Source: Fidelibacterota bacterium
GTDB lineage: Bacteria > Fidelibacterota > Marinisomatia > Marinisomatales > TCS56
Reading direction: 5' to 3'
Assembly (NCBI GenBank): GCA_043822705.1
Contig: JBDRBK010000189.1
Coordinates: 1 to 18,893 of the forward strand
Length of the DNA stretch: 18,893 nucleotides
Both the position numbers and the translations under genes were made by a program. Below the pieces are notes generated by a model, which was not told the DNA's origin, did not search any database, and saw nothing but the letters and a program-made list of their open reading frames with translations. Below, piece after piece: positions 16,947 through 18,893 of this stretch; within the stretch, counting starts at the first letter, position 1; each line of letters begins with the position of its first letter.

Positions 16947-17693
16947 GTGAAGCGATTCGTATCAATTGTCATAATAATTTTAATTTCGGTGCTGCTGTTC
17001 GCACAGGGACCGAAACCGGTCGAATTCGGAAAAATCAGCCTGCCCCTGGGTACGGTGGAAGTCAGCACCGCCGGTGCGGAATGGTCCAAGGCGCTGCCCA
17101 ACCGGACCGTATTCGTCAATGATCAGGTGCGGACCGGCGCCAAATCGCGTTGTGAAATCACCCTGGTAGGTGGCGGCAAATTGCGGATCGGTGAAAATTC
17201 CGAGCTGGTTTTGACCGGCGCCAATGTCGCCCCGATGTCCAAGGACTTTGAAGCCACGCTGAAAACCGGTAACGCCTGGATATCCGCCAAGGCGGCCTTC
17301 GGCGAGAAAAAGAACGTGTCGGTACGAACCCCCACCGCCGTCGCCGCTATCCGCGGGACCACCTACCGGACCCAAGCCGGGGAAGACGAAAGCTCGGTGC
17401 TGGTCTACGAGGGCAAGGTTGATGTCAATCAGCCGGCCGACCCGGAAGTAACACCGGAGCAACCGGCCCCCGGCGCCAAACCCCGCTTTAAGCTGGAAGC
17501 GCCCAAGACGGTTCAGGCCCCTACCCAGGTTGCCGGACCCTATGAAGTCAGCCTGGAGGATTGGATCACCCTGGTCGAAGGTATGCAGATCAATGTCCGC
17601 AAAGACGGAAAGTACAACATGTTCAAATTTGACCAGACCAGCGACGCCGAGCTGGAGTTCGTCAAATGGAACAAGGAACTGGATAACCAGTAA
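16947..17693 (+). CDS. Exported FecR-domain protein (no cytoplasmic anti-sigma domain)
   Basis: ORF 16935..17693. GTG 16947 is preceded by GGGGA (16937-16941) with 5-nt spacing and gives the signal peptide MKRFVSIVIIILISVLLFA|Q. FecR motifs: G-x-V-E-V, DQVRTGAKSRCEI, LRIGENSEL, L-x-x-G-x-x-W, VRTPTAVAAIRGT, VLVYEGKVDV. Confidence 0.9.
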   Translation: MKRFVSIVIIILISVLLFAQGPKPVEFGKISLPLGTVEVSTAGAEWSKALPNRTVFVNDQVRTGAKSRCEITLVGGGKLRIGENSELVLTGANVAPMSKDFEATLKTGNAWISAKAAFGEKKNVSVRTPTAVAAIRGTTYRTQAGEDESSVLVYEGKVDVNQPADPEVTPEQPAPGAKPRFKLEAPKTVQAPTQVAGPYEVSLEDWITLVEGMQINVRKDGKYNMFKFDQTSDAELEFVKWNKELDNQ

Positions 17694-17726
17694 CCTGCCG
17701 TCGACTGCCTGCGGACTGATCCCTGA

Positions 17727-18893
17727 ATGCCGAACTGGCTTAAGCGCACTGGTATCGGAGCCCTGATCGGGTTGCTGGTCGGGTTGATCCTGGCCATCGG
17801 AACGAATATCGACGGATTCTTTCTGGCGCAGGTGCTGAACAGTTACGAATACCGTTCCTACGATGCCCGCATGAAAGCCAAGGTCTCCGGCAGTAGCGAG
17901 GCGTCCATCGATGATATTGTGATCGTCGATATCGATCTCAGTTCGGTGGAGGGGCTGGGTAATTACAAGGACTGGCCCCACGCCTACCACGGCCAGTTGA
18001 TCGACGTTGTCACCTCCGGCGACCCCAAAGGAATCCTTTTTGACATCATCTTTGACACGGAAGATTCCTTCGATCATGAACTGGTCAATGCCCTGGTTGT
18101 GGAGAATCCGCCCCAGGATGAGAACCTGCAGGTGGCGGCCGAACAATTTCTGGTCTCCCACGATCCCGAGCGTTTTGTGCGGTCGACGACGCTCAGTGAC
18201 AAGGCTTATCACGCTCTGGTCTTCGAGGCGGCCGACTCCAATACCTTTCTCTACCCGATGGACAGCGAACCGGCCGGCTATGACTATTCCCGTCATATTC
18301 TGCAGATCGACCCGGAACAGGCCCGGCGACTGCCGACCGCCCAGCGGATCGGCAACACCCACCTGGAACTGCTTTCAGCCGCCCGCGGCGCCGGCAGTGC
18401 CAACTTTCCCCAGGACGAGGATGGTATCATCCGGCGGTCGCCGACGGCGATTTATTTTGAAGGACCTGGCCACGTTTACCCTTCGTTGGTAATGTCGGCC
18501 GTGATTGACATACTGGATATCCCCCCCGACGGATTCAATTATGATTTTGATAATCTGCTGCTGACCCTGACCGACCGCAGCGGGCAGGTCGTCAGGGAAA
18601 TTCCCATCGACGAGCAGGGGCGGCTGTTCGTGAATTACTACGGTTATTTCAAGACTTTTTACTATCTGCCCTATGTCTACTGTTTCGATCCTGAAATGCT
18701 GCCGCCGGAATACTGGCAGGACCGGGTCGCCATTGTCGGTTCATCGTTACCGGGGCTGATGGATTTGCGGAACACGCCGGTTCAGGAGACCTTTGCCGGG
18801 GTGGAAATCCACGCCAACGTCATGCACAGCATTCTCAACAATCAGTTTATTCGCCTGTCCGAAACGCACGCCAATTTCTGGGCCATCGTGGTG
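17727..18893 (+). CDS. CHASE2-domain transmembrane sensor, 3'-truncated by the window (output domain not visible)
   Basis: Absent from the ORF track because it has no stop. My translation from ATG 17727 is open for 389 codons: N-terminal TM (GIGALIGLLVGLILAIG), then CHASE2 motifs EYRSYDARM, IVIVDID, WPH, ILFDIIFD, NFPQDEDGIIRR, YPSL, IPIDEQG, IVGSSLPGLMDLRNTP, GVEIHANVMHSIL. A further hydrophobic stretch begins at the end (FWAIVV). Confidence 0.93.
   Translation, partial: MPNWLKRTGIGALIGLLVGLILAIGTNIDGFFLAQVLNSYEYRSYDARMKAKVSGSSEASIDDIVIVDIDLSSVEGLGNYKDWPHAYHGQLIDVVTSGDPKGILFDIIFDTEDSFDHELVNALVVENPPQDENLQVAAEQFLVSHDPERFVRSTTLSDKAYHALVFEAADSNTFLYPMDSEPAGYDYSRHILQIDPEQARRLPTAQRIGNTHLELLSAARGAGSANFPQDEDGIIRRSPTAIYFEGPGHVYPSLVMSAVIDILDIPPDGFNYDFDNLLLTLTDRSGQVVREIPIDEQGRLFVNYYGYFKTFYYLPYVYCFDPEMLPPEYWQDRVAIVGSSLPGLMDLRNTPVQETFAGVEIHANVMHSILNNQFIRLSETHANFWAIVV

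Noticed and set aside
16980..18362. 460-aa minus-strand ORF
   Set aside because: It lies antisense to the FecR and CHASE2 genes, which have clear family motifs. It has none itself and is the expected stop-poor shadow of GC-biased coding DNA.

Overview
Bacterial window, probably from an FCB-superphylum lineage, with all supportable genes on the + strand. About 89% of it is one giant secreted protein (ORF 69..16868, 5599 aa; likely start ATG 111). It has a Sec signal peptide and a C-terminal T9SS type-A/FlgD-Ig-like sorting domain. In between are a 7-repeat Delta-60 beta-propeller, three copies of an unnamed ~180-aa domain, at least eight FN3 domains, two DOMON/CBM9-like domains, six or seven right-handed parallel beta-helix modules and an invasin-type Ig stalk. 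I recognise no catalytic domain. A perfect GC-rich palindrome follows the gene, then an exported FecR-domain protein lacking an anti-sigma N-terminus, then a CHASE2 membrane sensor that runs off the window end and is missing from the ORF track. The last codons of a probable upstream gene (..LPGPPTLPE*) lie at 3..50. The most interesting reading is a candidate trans-envelope surface-sensing module: giant surface protein, periplasmic FecR relay, CHASE2 signalling enzyme. All domain calls are by eye from motifs; no database search was run.
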